DNA from: Nemertoderma westbladi
Lineage: Eukaryota; Animalia; Xenacoelomorpha
Assembly: GCA_032718475.1 (NCBI GenBank)
Contig: JAUCBJ010004980.1
Location: forward strand, 1 to 64,000
Direction: 5' to 3'
DNA: 64,000 nucleotides
How positions within the stretch are numbered: position 1 is the first letter of the stretch; each line of letters opens with the position of its first letter. Shown here one piece after another: positions 1-11,459 of the stretch. The translations under genes and the position numbers were made by a program. The notes below the pieces were generated by a model. That model was not told where the DNA came from. It was given only the letters and a program-made list of their open reading frames with translations, and did not search any database.

Positions 1-990
1 ATTCGATCTACCAAAAAACCCATAAGTATTTCGCAATCAATCCGAACCACACATTTTGGATTCTTCTATATTACCTTATTAATGACGAAAAAAAAGTCTA
101 TAAAATTTTATTTTGCGGATCATGTGTTTATTCATGGCAATTCCGCGTAAATTTGCATAACACAAGCCAAACAAAAGGAACAGTAGGAAAAGTAAGTAGC
201 AAATTGGTGATGTTCCAGAATAATTTAATCAATAAGCTGTGATTCAATGGGAAATTAGTATTATTTACACTGGTGTTACACATTAATTGCTATATCTCGG
301 AAACTAGAAGTCGCATCAAATTTTTAAATATATCAAAAACTTCACGATATATTAAGGTCACCGTTGTAAAAAAATTATAAAATTCCACTGCAAGGAAATT
401 TAATAATTTCCATTAATGTTAGTGAAGATTTTTCACATAATTAAATTGTGATTGCTCTATTGATTTTAGGTGTAATTTATTTATTTGTTTTAGTTTGAAA
501 ACCACAATAGTCTATCATATAACAAATAAATTTTTTGGGGATAAGGGTTTTTGAGGTCGATAAATCCGATGGGCGAGGTTACATCCACCCGTTTAGTAGA
601 GAAGTTGTGTAAATAAGGTCCCTGTATTGTACCAGCAAAATTGGTATTAAAAATGGTTAAATTATTAGACAAATTTCCGTTGCTCTGGAAACTAAATTGT
701 TAACTATATAGAAGTACATACTTCTCTCAATCGATACTCATTAGAGTAAAGTTTGTCTGTACCAAATTTTAAGAAAATCCCACCAATAGACCCCTTGTTG
801 CTATGTAAAATCCATTTTGCTAAGGAAAGAAACAGGAAATTGAAGGTGATTCGCATAATATATTTCTCTAGACTTTTTTGGGGGTACTAACAAGGTAATG
901 TCTGAATGTAGAATAAAAAAATTGGTTTGGATGAATTAAGAATTTGTTATGGGTTGACACCCTTTTTCGGCTAGATTGACTCGCCTACTA
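1..990. mobile_element. Right part of a non-autonomous DNA transposon (possibly Academ-like, ...CTA terminus)
   Basis: MITE-like sequence ending gggttgacacccttttcggctagattgactcgcctacta; a weakly related motif (gtgtcaaccca) occurs at ~45070. The left end lies outside the window. Confidence 0.3.
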
Positions 991-2594
991 TAACACGTTT
1001 TACTGCCTTCATTAAACTGTGTGAACATTATAATTATAAACTGTGGACAGTCAAAACCGCGAATTTAAAATCGCGAAGAATGCGACATTTTCACTTTTCA
1101 TGGTCATAACTTTGAGCAGGCTCAAATGTGACAAAAAAATCCTGATGTTTGTGATTGCTACACATTAGCAAAAGGATAAGTTCCACCTATGTGATCCAAC
1201 CCAACTTGCAAGCGCACGAACATAACAGTATGAGCAGTCATGGGAAATCCTTTGCCTCCTCAGAAAGTCGTAAAATGCTCCATATCCACCCGGCAACTTA
1301 TTCTCTACAAAAAAATATGCTACCTGGCAATTACATGAGAATATGTATGTGTGGTGATCTGAGCTGAAAAGGATTGGGTTTGTTTATGTAAGAATTTGCT
1401 TTAAAGTTGACTACGTTGCCGTGACTATGAATATTTTAAATCAGCAAGTACATTTACTTCAATAATTTAATTATTGAAGTTAAAATTTCATTTAAAATTT
1501 AAAGTTAAGGATTTAATTTAATTGGTTTGAGACAAGGCGCCTCTAGCAGTATACTGATTTTTCTTAATGAATGGTAGAATCTTCCGCAATATTTATGGAA
1601 AATAGAGTTTTTAGGTGTATTACAAAATGTCGTAAATGGACAATATATTTTTACTGTCTATCAATGCTCATGTAAAATTGAAATGTGCATTAAAAAGTGA
1701 ATAGAATTGGACTTTTGTAATAAGTCAGGTATGAAAGCTAATGAGAAGAATACTACTTTTAGTTGTAAGATTGCAAGTAAATGATAGTGATAGGTTCAGA
1801 TTTTCTATTGATGGTGCAAGTATGACAGTTGGTTGCCCCATGAGGCAACCACGTTAGTGGGCCGTCAAGCCAAAAACCTGGTGACTGCTGCTTGGGAAGG
1901 GTGATCTGTGTACGTCATAGTACAGTACAGCAGAGTTCTGTCCCTCCCAACTTATTCTGCCGCTAAGATATTTGCATTAGTTTTAGCTTACAAGCAAAAA
2001 ATAACCTTTTGCATTGACGTATTTACGAAATGAAAAGGATTTATTTATTAACTTTAAAAATTAAGAAATTAATATAAAAAATAAGAAAGGTCAACCATGA
2101 AATTATGACATCATGGATAACTTCTGAATATAAAAATTAATTAATTGGCAAAGATCAGCCACCGTGAGATGTTATCTATGGATATCAATAATATACTGTA
2201 TTATATTATTAATATAATATATAAACTATATTATTAATTAAGCAACTGACTCTTTATAGAGGTAGGTAGTTGTTGTAGGAAGGAGAGACCATCAAAAATA
2301 ATGTAATTCTTCTTCTTGTTTTTATTAGCTCACTCGATAAACCGCCAGATGTAAAAGTTCTGTTTTCGATTGCGGATCAGTTCTTTTAGTGTCTTTTTGT
2401 TGTTAAAGTAGTTTCAGTTTCGTTTACAGCCAGCTTACTGACTTTTCTAGTATATGTAGACTGTACAGTATAAATAGGATGAGAGCAATATATTTATTTT
2501 TCTAGTAAATTGAATTTCTAGGAAGCAAATACCATTTTTTTTTATTACTTAGCCAATGCTATTCAGCAAAGTACGGAAGCCCATAGCGGCCAGG

Positions 2595-3222
2595 GCACAA
2601 ACATTAATGTGGGACACAAACATTAATGAAGGGCACATTAATGAGGGACACAAACATTAATGAGGGACACAAACATTTATGGGGGACACAAACATTAATG
2701 AGGGATACAAACATTAATGAGGGACACACATTAATGAGGGACACAAACATTAACGAGGGACACAAACATTGATTAGGGACACAAACATTAATGAGGGACA
2801 CACATTAATGAGAGACACAAACATTAATGAGGGACACACATTAATGAGGGACACAAACATTAATGGGGGACACAAACATTAATGAGGGACACAAACATTA
2901 ATGAGGGACACAAACATTAATGAGGGACACAGATTAATGAGGGACACAGACATTAATGAGGTACACACATTAATGAGGGACACAAACATTAATGAAGGAC
3001 ACAAATTAATGTGGGACACAAACATTAATGAGGGACACACATTAATGAGGGACACAAACATTAATGAGGGACACACATTAATGAGGGACACAAACATTAA
3101 TGAGGGACACAAACATTAATGAGGGACACAAAGATTAATGAGGGACACAAACATTAATGAGGGACACAAACATTAATGAGGAACACACACATTAATTAGG
3201 GAAACAAACATTAATGAGGGAC
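2595..3222 (+). repeat. 18/20-bp minisatellite (gagggacacaaacattaat), left arm
   Basis: Directly visible tandem array mixing 18- and 20-bp variants. Confidence 0.95.
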
Positions 3223-3794
3223 ATCTTAATAGTTAATAGACACCTTAATAATTTGTCTATGCCTAGGGGCCACACATATGCTTAATCCTGCTCTGGGGGG
3301 ACACCTTAATAAGGGTCAATGCTTCCCAATGGATGAATATTAATAAGGGCGATGGTGATGCTTGCCTTCAGACATTATTAGATATTGATTAGCTGAAAAA
3401 CTACTACCGTGGGAACGTGACCTCTGGTAGAGCGGCGCTGTAGACAATTACAATTCCATGTAGTTGCAGAAGGATGCCTATTAAGCTATATTTATCTTTG
3501 TTGCCGTTGGAGGGTGATAATGTTTACAGTGTGGGATAGGGAAAATGCTACGTACTGGTAGCCGTAATAATGAAACTATTTAAACTATTCAATATAAATC
3601 CGGTGAGGTAGAAATAGTTTTGATGCATTTGTGGTATAAGTTTCTGTGATGGAACTTGTAAACTTGTAAGCATATGTGTGATTTGAAAGGTTTTTATACT
3701 TTAAGTAAATAAATGAGTAAATGGGTTTGTAAGCATATGTGTGGCCCCTAGGCATAGACAAATTTTTAAGGTGTCTTTTAACTATTAAGGTGTC

Positions 3795-4750
3795 ACTCAT
3801 TAATGTTTGTGTCCCTCAATGATGATTGTGACCCTCATTAATGTTTGTGTCCCTCATTAATGTTTGTGTCCCTCATTAATGTTTGTGTCCCTCATTAATG
3901 TGTGTCCCTCGTTAATGTTTGTGTCCCTCATTAATGTTTGTGTCCCTCATTAATGTGTGTCCCTCATTACTGTTTGTGTCCCTCATTAATGTTTGTGCCC
4001 CTTATTAATGTGTGTCCCTGATTAATGTTTGTGTCCCTCATTAATGTTTGTGTCCCACATTCATGTTTGTGTCCCTCATTAATGTTTATGTCCCTCATTA
4101 ATGTTTGTGTCCCTCATTAATGTGTGTCCCTGATTATTGTTTGTGTCCCTCATTAATGTTTGTGTCCCACATTCATGTTTGTAACCCTCATTAATGTTTG
4201 TGCCCCTTATTAATGTGTGTCCCTGATTAATGTTTGTGTCCCTCATTAATGTTTGTGTCCCTCATTAATGTTTGTGTCCCCCATTAATGTGTGTCCCTCG
4301 TTAATGTTTGTGTCCCTTATTAATGTGTGTCCCTGATTAATGTTTGTGCCCCTTATTAATGTGTGTCCTCATTAATGTTTGTGTCCCTCATTAATGTTTG
4401 TGTCCCTCATTAATGTGCGTCCCTCATTAATGTTTGTGTCCCTCAATAATGTTTGTGCCCCTTATTAATGTGTGTCCCTGATTAATGTTTGTGTCCCTCG
4501 ATAATGTTTGTGTCCCACATTTATGTTTGTGTCCCTCATTAATATTTGTGCCCCTTATTAATGTGTGTCCCTCATTAATGTTTGTGTCCCTCATTAATGT
4601 TTGTGCCCCTCATTAATGTTTGTACCCCTTATTAATGTGTGTCCCTGATTAATGTTAGTGTCCCTCATTAATGTTTGTGTCCCTCATTAATGTTTGTGCC
4701 CCTTATTAATGTGTGTCCCTCATTCATGTTTGTGTCCCACATTAATGTTT
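3795..4750 (-). repeat. Same 18/20-bp minisatellite in inverted orientation, right arm
   Basis: attaatgtttgtgtccctc units; this array is longer than the left one. Confidence 0.95.
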
Positions 4751-5464
4751 GAGTCCTGGCCGCTATGGGCTTCCGTAGCCAACCAGACAGCCTATCAGAT
4801 CCTAATTAAAATCTAAGGTTGAAGTTAATATGTGTTTTTTCAATATTAATACTATGAGATAACTTAGGTATTATTTCAGCTAATACGCTCTATCCGGTTT
4901 TAATTACCCGTATGCGTGCGTACCCGAATTAAAGCGCATCGTCCGGTTTTAATTAATGGTACCCGAATTAAAGCGCATTACTTATTAGCTATTAGAGTAT
5001 ATTTTTAATAAAGGCACCTAATACTGTAGTACCAGTTAAATAAATTAGTTTTAAACAACGCACTGAGCCATGGATGACCTCGGGTGTTCTTAGTATTATT
5101 AGAGAGAGATACTTATATAAATTTAGGAAACACCTTGTTTTAGCTGATTACACCCATTTTTAGCTGATGACCCATAATATAGTGTCATTTTCTGATGACA
5201 CGGATTGTATCCCCCCCCCCCCCCCCCAATTGTTAATCCCCTTATTCTATTGTTTCTAGTCCAACAATTTTTCGCGCACCAACCAACCCTATTATTATAC
5301 ACCATGACCCTTAATATATTGTCATTTTCTGATGACACGGTCCCCCCGAAAATTTTTCTATAAATCTTTATCACATTGCTTGAAATTTAAAACACAACTA
5401 GTTCAATTCACCGTGGTTGTTACCGTGAAGACGGAATTTCCGATTTCACCTTTAAATTTTTTTA

Positions 5465-6019
5465 ATAAGCGTTTTAAAAAAGTGTCTTTTGCGAAATCAC
5501 ACCATCCTTATCATTGACATTCTTCACATTAGTCGTAATTTTTTCATACTGTATCAATAGAAAGCTTGCGTATCAAGGATTCCAAATAGGCAACAATATT
5601 TAAATTTCGTTGAGAAACAGCTGAGAAATAGGCGTTCAAAATTGCAAGAATTATTGTTCGCTGCAGGCAATTTATTCTATTTAATAAATACTCAAAATTC
5701 TAGAACGTTTTATTTATTTTATGAGTTGGTGGGCAACAACGGTATGCCTATACAATATCTATATTCCGTAGCTAATCATACATAAACAAATTGTTCCAGA
5801 ATATTGTGTATTTATTAAATAGAATAAATGGCCTGCAGCGAACAATAATTCTTGCAATCTTTGAACGCGTATTTCTCAGCTGTTTCTCAACGAAATTCAG
5901 ATATTGTTACATATTTGGAATCCTCTCTATTGATTTGAAAAAAATACTACTAATGTGTGAAGAATGTCAATGGTACAGATGGTGTGATTTCGCAAAAGAC
6001 ACTTTTTTAAAACGCTTAT
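5465..6019. mobile_element. MITE with ~220-bp inverted arms
   Basis: ataagcgttttaaaaaagtgtcttttgcgaaatcacacca... is mirrored by ...tggtgtgatttcgcaaaagacacttttttaaaacgcttat; arms ~5465-5691 and ~5808-6019. Confidence 0.85.
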
Positions 6020-7222
6020 GCGTGGCTTATATCAATTGAAGCAGAGTCTTGGGCGTCTTTTGACACCACAATTAATAGAGATACAATTAAGAGGCAGTAG
6101 TATTTGTAATAGACCAAGTAGAAGTGAACACATTGATCGAGTTTGCTTGGGAGGGGATGAGCAAAGCGAAAGTCTGGGCATAGGTGGACATAATCATAAT
6201 GTTAGAGCTATGATGGATAAAAAGTTTAAAAAAGGTGTAGACATTAGCATAGTGGGATGGAAGGATAACAAAGCTGTAGATGTGTGTTTTCGTTCATTTC
6301 ATACGAAATAGAGGATGAGTCAATAATGTAACTAACTATATTAATCTGCAATTGATAGAAGATACTCTTATTGTTATTAGCAAAAATAGATAGAAACAAG
6401 CTACATGCCCTGAACTAATATTACCATTATTTACAATATTCTGCTGTGCCATATATAACCAATCATGCAGTAAATTATTGTGATAAGTTTGATATATCTA
6501 ATGCATTGTGTGCCAGATGTGGAATGCCAATTAAAAGCTTTTTTGCTTGAAAACTGTTCATTATTTTCATTATTTCCTGTTTCATAATTTCCTGTTTCTA
6601 CAGTAGAAAATATACCTAAAAATATTTTTTCCACAAACTTTCCAAAAACATTTATTCATGCATGGAAGGTTTAATGGCAAGTAAAAATATAATTTTTGGC
6701 AATGAAATGTGAAATTAGGAAATGTATGTGATATCATTTGCGGTCGAAGATAGTAGCATGTGACTGCATCTCGTCTCCGTCTATGTGATGAAAATACATA
6801 ATAATAATAATACGAAGTTAGTTAATTAGAGCATGTATAGAAGCAGATGCTATTAACTCTGGGGAAATCTTTCCAACCACAGCCTTATCTATATACATGG
6901 AGCTCTCTACATTGTTGGTATAAATGCATCTGGCGCTGTAGCTGGCCTTCCAATTAAGCACTGCTATGGTAAAGCCAGTAACAAGCAAAACAATGTTTAT
7001 ATTCAGAGACAGATAATTCCCGAAATGATAATGGGTTGGATAATTAAGGCTGATTGATAATTAGTCTATGTTCAACATGTCCTAGCTTTATGACTACTGA
7101 GCTTGTGAATGATTTTAGTTATATCTAATTGAAAATAAAATGTCAACGTGGATACACAGAATGACAAGGTTTCTGGTTATTGGGTTAACTGTTTTAAATA
7201 AGGGGTGTAAACGTTATACACG

Positions 7223-7305
7223 TGCCCAAAACCCATACCCAAAACCCATGCCCAAAACCCATGCCCAAAACCCATAGACAAAACACATGACCAAAACCCA
7301 TATCC
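7223..7305 (+). repeat. ~13-bp tandem repeat (cccaaaacccat[g/a])
   Basis: About six degenerate copies; resembles a subterminal repeat of a DNA transposon. Confidence 0.7.
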
Positions 7306-7631
7306 AAGTTGGCTTATAGCCCAAATTTATGGCTATAAAATAACTGGAGGCCTAGAAGGCCAGGTATTTTGTACTGCTGTACTGTTATGTTATAGTGTTT
7401 TATTAATTTTTTATTAGTGAATAATAAATACTCTAAAAATACTTTTAAACTCTACTACACACTGACACAATACAGTAGCTTATGCTTTTATGACAGCTTC
7501 CCAGCAATAACCATAAGCCTACTACTCTATTATTGCTGTACTGTATTATGTAAATATTATATTAAGCTAACTACTGTAGGGTATTGGCTAATGAGTAGTC
7601 TAATGTGTGTAGAGATTAGATTCGGATACCA

Positions 7632-8040
7632 TACTACTACTACTAGGATCGGCATGCTGCATTGCAGCTGCATTTTTAAGAATGCTGTGCCGGCTTGTCG
7701 ACAAAATTGCGCCACCACAACTCCCTATCACCCATGACATTTGCTAGATCATCCGCATCTTCAAGGCCAGTGTCCTTTAAGATGCATCTCAAGAAAGAAA
7801 TGGGCTGTCCACCATGCTTATTCACTCCATGAGGCTGCGAAAGCACAATATTATGTACTGGCTGGTACTCATGGCGAAAGCAATGTCCTGCAAAGCGGAG
7901 GCGACTTTGTTCTGGTGTTAAGCTTTGGGGAACCAATGAGACACCTCCAATGTTATATTGTGTCTGGTTGGAGATGTGTGCATTGCACTTAACACAATGA
8001 TCCCGGTGTAGCATTCTTGTGAATGTGCCATCCAGAGACT
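7632..8040 (-). mobile_element. RTE-clade LINE, 5'-truncated 3' end
   Basis: ORF 7676-8083 contains LDGTFTRMLH...RLRFAGHCFR...; (TAG)n tail; near-identical to the copies at 50222 and 62511. Confidence 0.9.
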
Positions 8041-8205
8041 TAAAGTTATTCAGGAAACGACATGCCGATTTCAGGGCGTTCATAACGTATAAAAACAGGA
8101 TATGAGTTAGAAAACAATTGGAGCTGGATTTAACGCCTGTTCGTATATTATTATACTTAAATGTTGCTAGTTCTGTAGTTACTTACATACCATCACCACA
8201 CCGCT

Positions 8206-8244
8206 ACCGACCAATCAATTTCACCCATCGGGCACCTTCAGGGT
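8206..8244 (-). ncRNA. Degenerate type I hammerhead-like motif
   Basis: Minus strand reads acc CTGAAGG t gccc gat gggt GAAA ttgattgg TC ggt. A9 is G and stem III is decayed. Confidence 0.35.
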
Positions 8245-9089
8245 CATAGGTACCCGCCACAACAATCTCCAAAATATAAAAATATAAAACCAACTAAACT
8301 ACTGAACTAACGCTAAAAAAACTACACACCCGTATAAGCCTACTACATAACATACAGACATGAGACACCAGCCAACCCCATGTAGTTCGGGGCTACATAC
8401 AGACTGATAAGTACATAAGTAGCGAACCGTGCCACCTAACAATGTCTGACTGTGCAGTAAAGGCCTATTAAATATCGGAATCCTATTGTGCATCAGCTTA
8501 CATGCCGCGAACGCATGCTCCCGGTCTGCCAGTGTCCAGCCTATAACCTATCGGGATATGCTCAAGCGATACTGCTGTACCGTACCGTATTGCAGAATTT
8601 CGGTAGGTTACATGTCCTAGGCCATACTGGCTACAGCATACTGCCGGACCGGGGTGCAGACGTTTGGATTTCAATACTATACGAGTTACACCTACGCGTA
8701 TCCAATTTCAACACCCTTACACTTAACACCAAAGGAAAAACCAAAATTGATATAACGCACCCTATCCACTCAATGTTATAAGTATCCCAAAAAAACCACC
8801 CCTCTATGGCATCAGACATTTGGATTTTAATACTAGCAAGGTCACACCTACGCGTATCCATTGCATCACACTTATTATTACTGTATAGCCAATCCCCATT
8901 TAGAATATACGCTATAACTCATCAAAATGCTGCACAAAAATATACATACAATTAACCGGACGTGCACGCACTAAACATTTAACCCATTATACACTAAGTA
9001 ATTATTAACTAAATATTTGAAACGATATAGAGAAATTTACAAAACATTACACTGTATAGCCATACCTCAATTAAACTCGAATCAAATTT

Positions 9090-9450
9090 TATCTACATGT
9101 TTAAGGCGATATAAGGATAATTAATAAATGATATACTGTATACTCGTTCCCGAATTTAACTGCACCGTGTATCTCACCGAAATGCTGCACAAAAAATATA
9201 AAAAATATATTGAACACCATGAATCGGACTAAACTTTGGAACCAATTTAAACCAAACAATTATTATTCTATTCAATTATTATCTACATATTTAAGGCGAT
9301 ATACGGATAATTAATAAATAATATACTGTATACCCGTTCCCGAATTTATCTGTACTGTGTATCTCACCGAAATGCTGCACAAAAAATATAATGCACACCG
9401 TGAATCGGACTAAACCTTGGAACCAATATAAACCAAACAATTATTATCTA
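9090..9450 (+). repeat. Tandem duplication of ~190 bp
   Basis: ttaaggcgatata.ggataattaataaat...tatctcaccgaaatgctgcacaaaaaatata...gaatcggactaaac occurs twice. Confidence 0.85.
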
Positions 9451-9788
9451 AATATAGTAAATATGATATTGTATGGCCAAATCCCAATCATACTCTTACG
9501 CAGCCGGCTTCGCTCAATTAAACTCTAATCAATTATTAACTAAATATTTAAGGTGATATAACAACTATGCTTATTCCCCGGAAGTTAGTTATTTTCCCAG
9601 TTATTTAACCCACGGGCAGGAAACAACCCGAGGGCGAAGCCCGAGGGTGTTCCTGCCCAAGTTCGTTTGGTTCGTGTGGTGGTTCGTTTTATTTTTTTCG
9701 GACTATTTCGTAACTATTTCTAGGTCTTGGTTGAAAGGGTTGAAATCGAAACTAGCATGTCCTTTGAACTGGCAGTGGTGACATTGAG

Positions 9789-10232
9789 TCATGAATTGAG
9801 GACAAACAGCGAAAATATACTGATTGTTAAGTCGACAATAAGGACAATAAATTTCCATATACGGTTGATCTTTAAAGTAGGAGCAGAGGTGAAGTAGGAC
9901 TTGTTGAAGTCTAAAGGGGTAAAGTGGTCATGTGATGCACATAATCGGCAACGTTTCCTAGAAATGTAATTGGCATGTCGATAATCATATGCCGTGAGAC
10001 ATTGTGGACCTTCATACCATTCTAACACGTAATCTTTATCACTACTCCTGGGTGTTGCGGGTTGAATTTCTTCAGATTCTAAGCAAATTGGTTCTTCTTC
10101 AACTTGCAGAGTTTCTATGGATGTTGCCATTTTCTCTAGAGAACCCACCATTTGAACTTCCACAATAGAGTATCCTGTGGGGATTTTGGGTCTTTGCATA
10201 ACATGTGTATGACATAACATTTGTATGCAAAC
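9789..10232 (-). CDS. Unassigned ORF fragment (~148 codons) abutting the LTR
   Basis: Open frame in AT-rich DNA with a Cys/His cluster (CRLCASHDH); its upstream end is cut by the LTR at 10233. Confidence 0.35.
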   Translation of the reverse strand, partial: VCIQMLCHTHVMQRPKIPTGYSIVEVQMVGSLEKMATSIETLQVEEEPICLESEEIQPATPRSSDKDYVLEWYEGPQCLTAYDYRHANYISRKRCRLCASHDHFTPLDFNKSYFTSAPTLKINRIWKFIVLIVDLTISIFSLFVLNS

Positions 10233-10814
10233 TGTGAGCGTATTCAATTCCGCCACATCAACCCCCATAAAGTGGGAAAGAGCGCCTTAAGCAATATTGG
10301 GAACACGAGGTTGATTGCCAATATCAACCTCGTATCACCCCAATAAAATGGGAAGGAGAAACCCCAGAGAACATACGCACAATGGGGGTCAGAGGTTAAC
10401 CTCCAAGAGAAGGAGAGAATGACAGCAGCATGGGGAGAACACTCCCAGGGAGGTGAGGGTGAGAAGTGAGTTATTAGCCAATGGGGGGAAGGCATCAACT
10501 GAGTGACGTAACGCGGCCAACCGTGCAATATATATTACCAGTAACCGTGTAATTCATTTACTTGTAGTAAGTAAGTTAGTTAGGGCGGTACCGGAACTCT
10601 AATCACCATCTCCGTCTTCTGTCAGTAATATATCATCATTTACCGGTAACTTTGCTTTCAATAACATTCACTTCAGTAATTATTATATTGTACTATTATA
10701 CCCTTGGGACTATATACACCGATCAATAACTCTTTCCACCTTTTCACATACACACGGCGGGGACGCGTAGATTAGAAACCGGATAAACCGGGATCCTCCG
10801 TGGATCCCGTCATA
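10233..10814 (+). mobile_element. LTR (probable 5' LTR of a truncated element)
   Basis: Starts TGTGA and ends TCATA; homologous over its length to the solo LTR 27598-28136; no polypurine tract upstream; ATG ORF 36 nt downstream. Confidence 0.8.
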
Positions 10815-10850
10815 GTGATTAGATCCAACAACCCGAACTGACTGCCAACC

Positions 10851-11459
10851 ATGAGTCAAGAGAGAGAGACGACACCGCCGCGGACCCCGGACGACAACCT
10901 AACGATCCGCGAGGCCACGGCGAGACGGTATCGACCCACGACGGATCCGTCGACTACAGACGATCCGGCAATCCAAACAGAGGGGGGCCGTCTACAACGA
11001 GAAGGGAGAGACGAGTCGAGAGAAGGGAGAGACGAGTCGGGAGGAGAGAGAGACGAGTCGACACACAGCGGCAGTCGACGTGCCGATGTCGCCGGCCAGC
11101 CACAGGCCGAGGGCGACGGACGGCCCACCGGAACGGCAAATGTGGAGCCGCCGGTACGACGCCGGACCCGGAGAGATAGAGGAGATGTCGGCGACGAGGA
11201 CGTCGGGGTCAGCGATCGATTTCGACGGGCCTACAACGCAACCCGGAAGCTACTCAAAGAGACCAAAGGAGGGGCCAAGACAGACCAGGTGAAGTTGAAA
11301 AGGCGACTAGGTGAGTCGAATGAACATTTTAACTATTTGATGCGTTTTGGGCAGAGAGAACTAGCCGAGGAGAGAGCAAGAGGGGATGCCAGCGAACTGT
11401 TTGAACAATGGCGAATCCAGCGCTATCTAATTTCTCAACGGCGGAATCTCTCAAGCTAA
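10851..11459 (+). CDS. 202-aa charged low-complexity ORF downstream of the LTR (gag-position, family unrecognised)
   Basis: Intact ORF with Kozak-like context gccaaccATGA, RDES repeats and a helical-looking C-terminus; no CCHC knuckle. Confidence 0.55.
   Translation: MSQERETTPPRTPDDNLTIREATARRYRPTTDPSTTDDPAIQTEGGRLQREGRDESREGRDESGGERDESTHSGSRRADVAGQPQAEGDGRPTGTANVEPPVRRRTRRDRGDVGDEDVGVSDRFRRAYNATRKLLKETKGGAKTDQVKLKRRLGESNEHFNYLMRFGQRELAEERARGDASELFEQWRIQRYLISQRRNLSS

Larger units (their letters stand above)
2572..4777. mobile_element. Foldback (TIR) element with minisatellite arms
   Basis: Termini TACGGAAGCCCATAGCGGCCAGG / CCTGGCCGCTATGGGCTTCCGTA. Inverted arms ~2572-3284 and ~3729-4777 surround a ~445-bp unique spacer. 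Possible TA TSD. Confidence 0.9.

Noticed and set aside
2595-4750. CRISPR-like array or coding ORFs in the 18/20-bp repeats
   Set aside because: No unique spacers and a eukaryotic context; the ORFs are translations of a minisatellite.
5163-5340. ctgatga motifs as hammerhead cores
   Set aside because: No downstream stem II/GAAA/stem III; they are part of MITE-like subterminal repeats.
10856-11292. Overlapping alternative-frame ORFs
   Set aside because: Expected shadows of a GC-rich low-complexity ORF.
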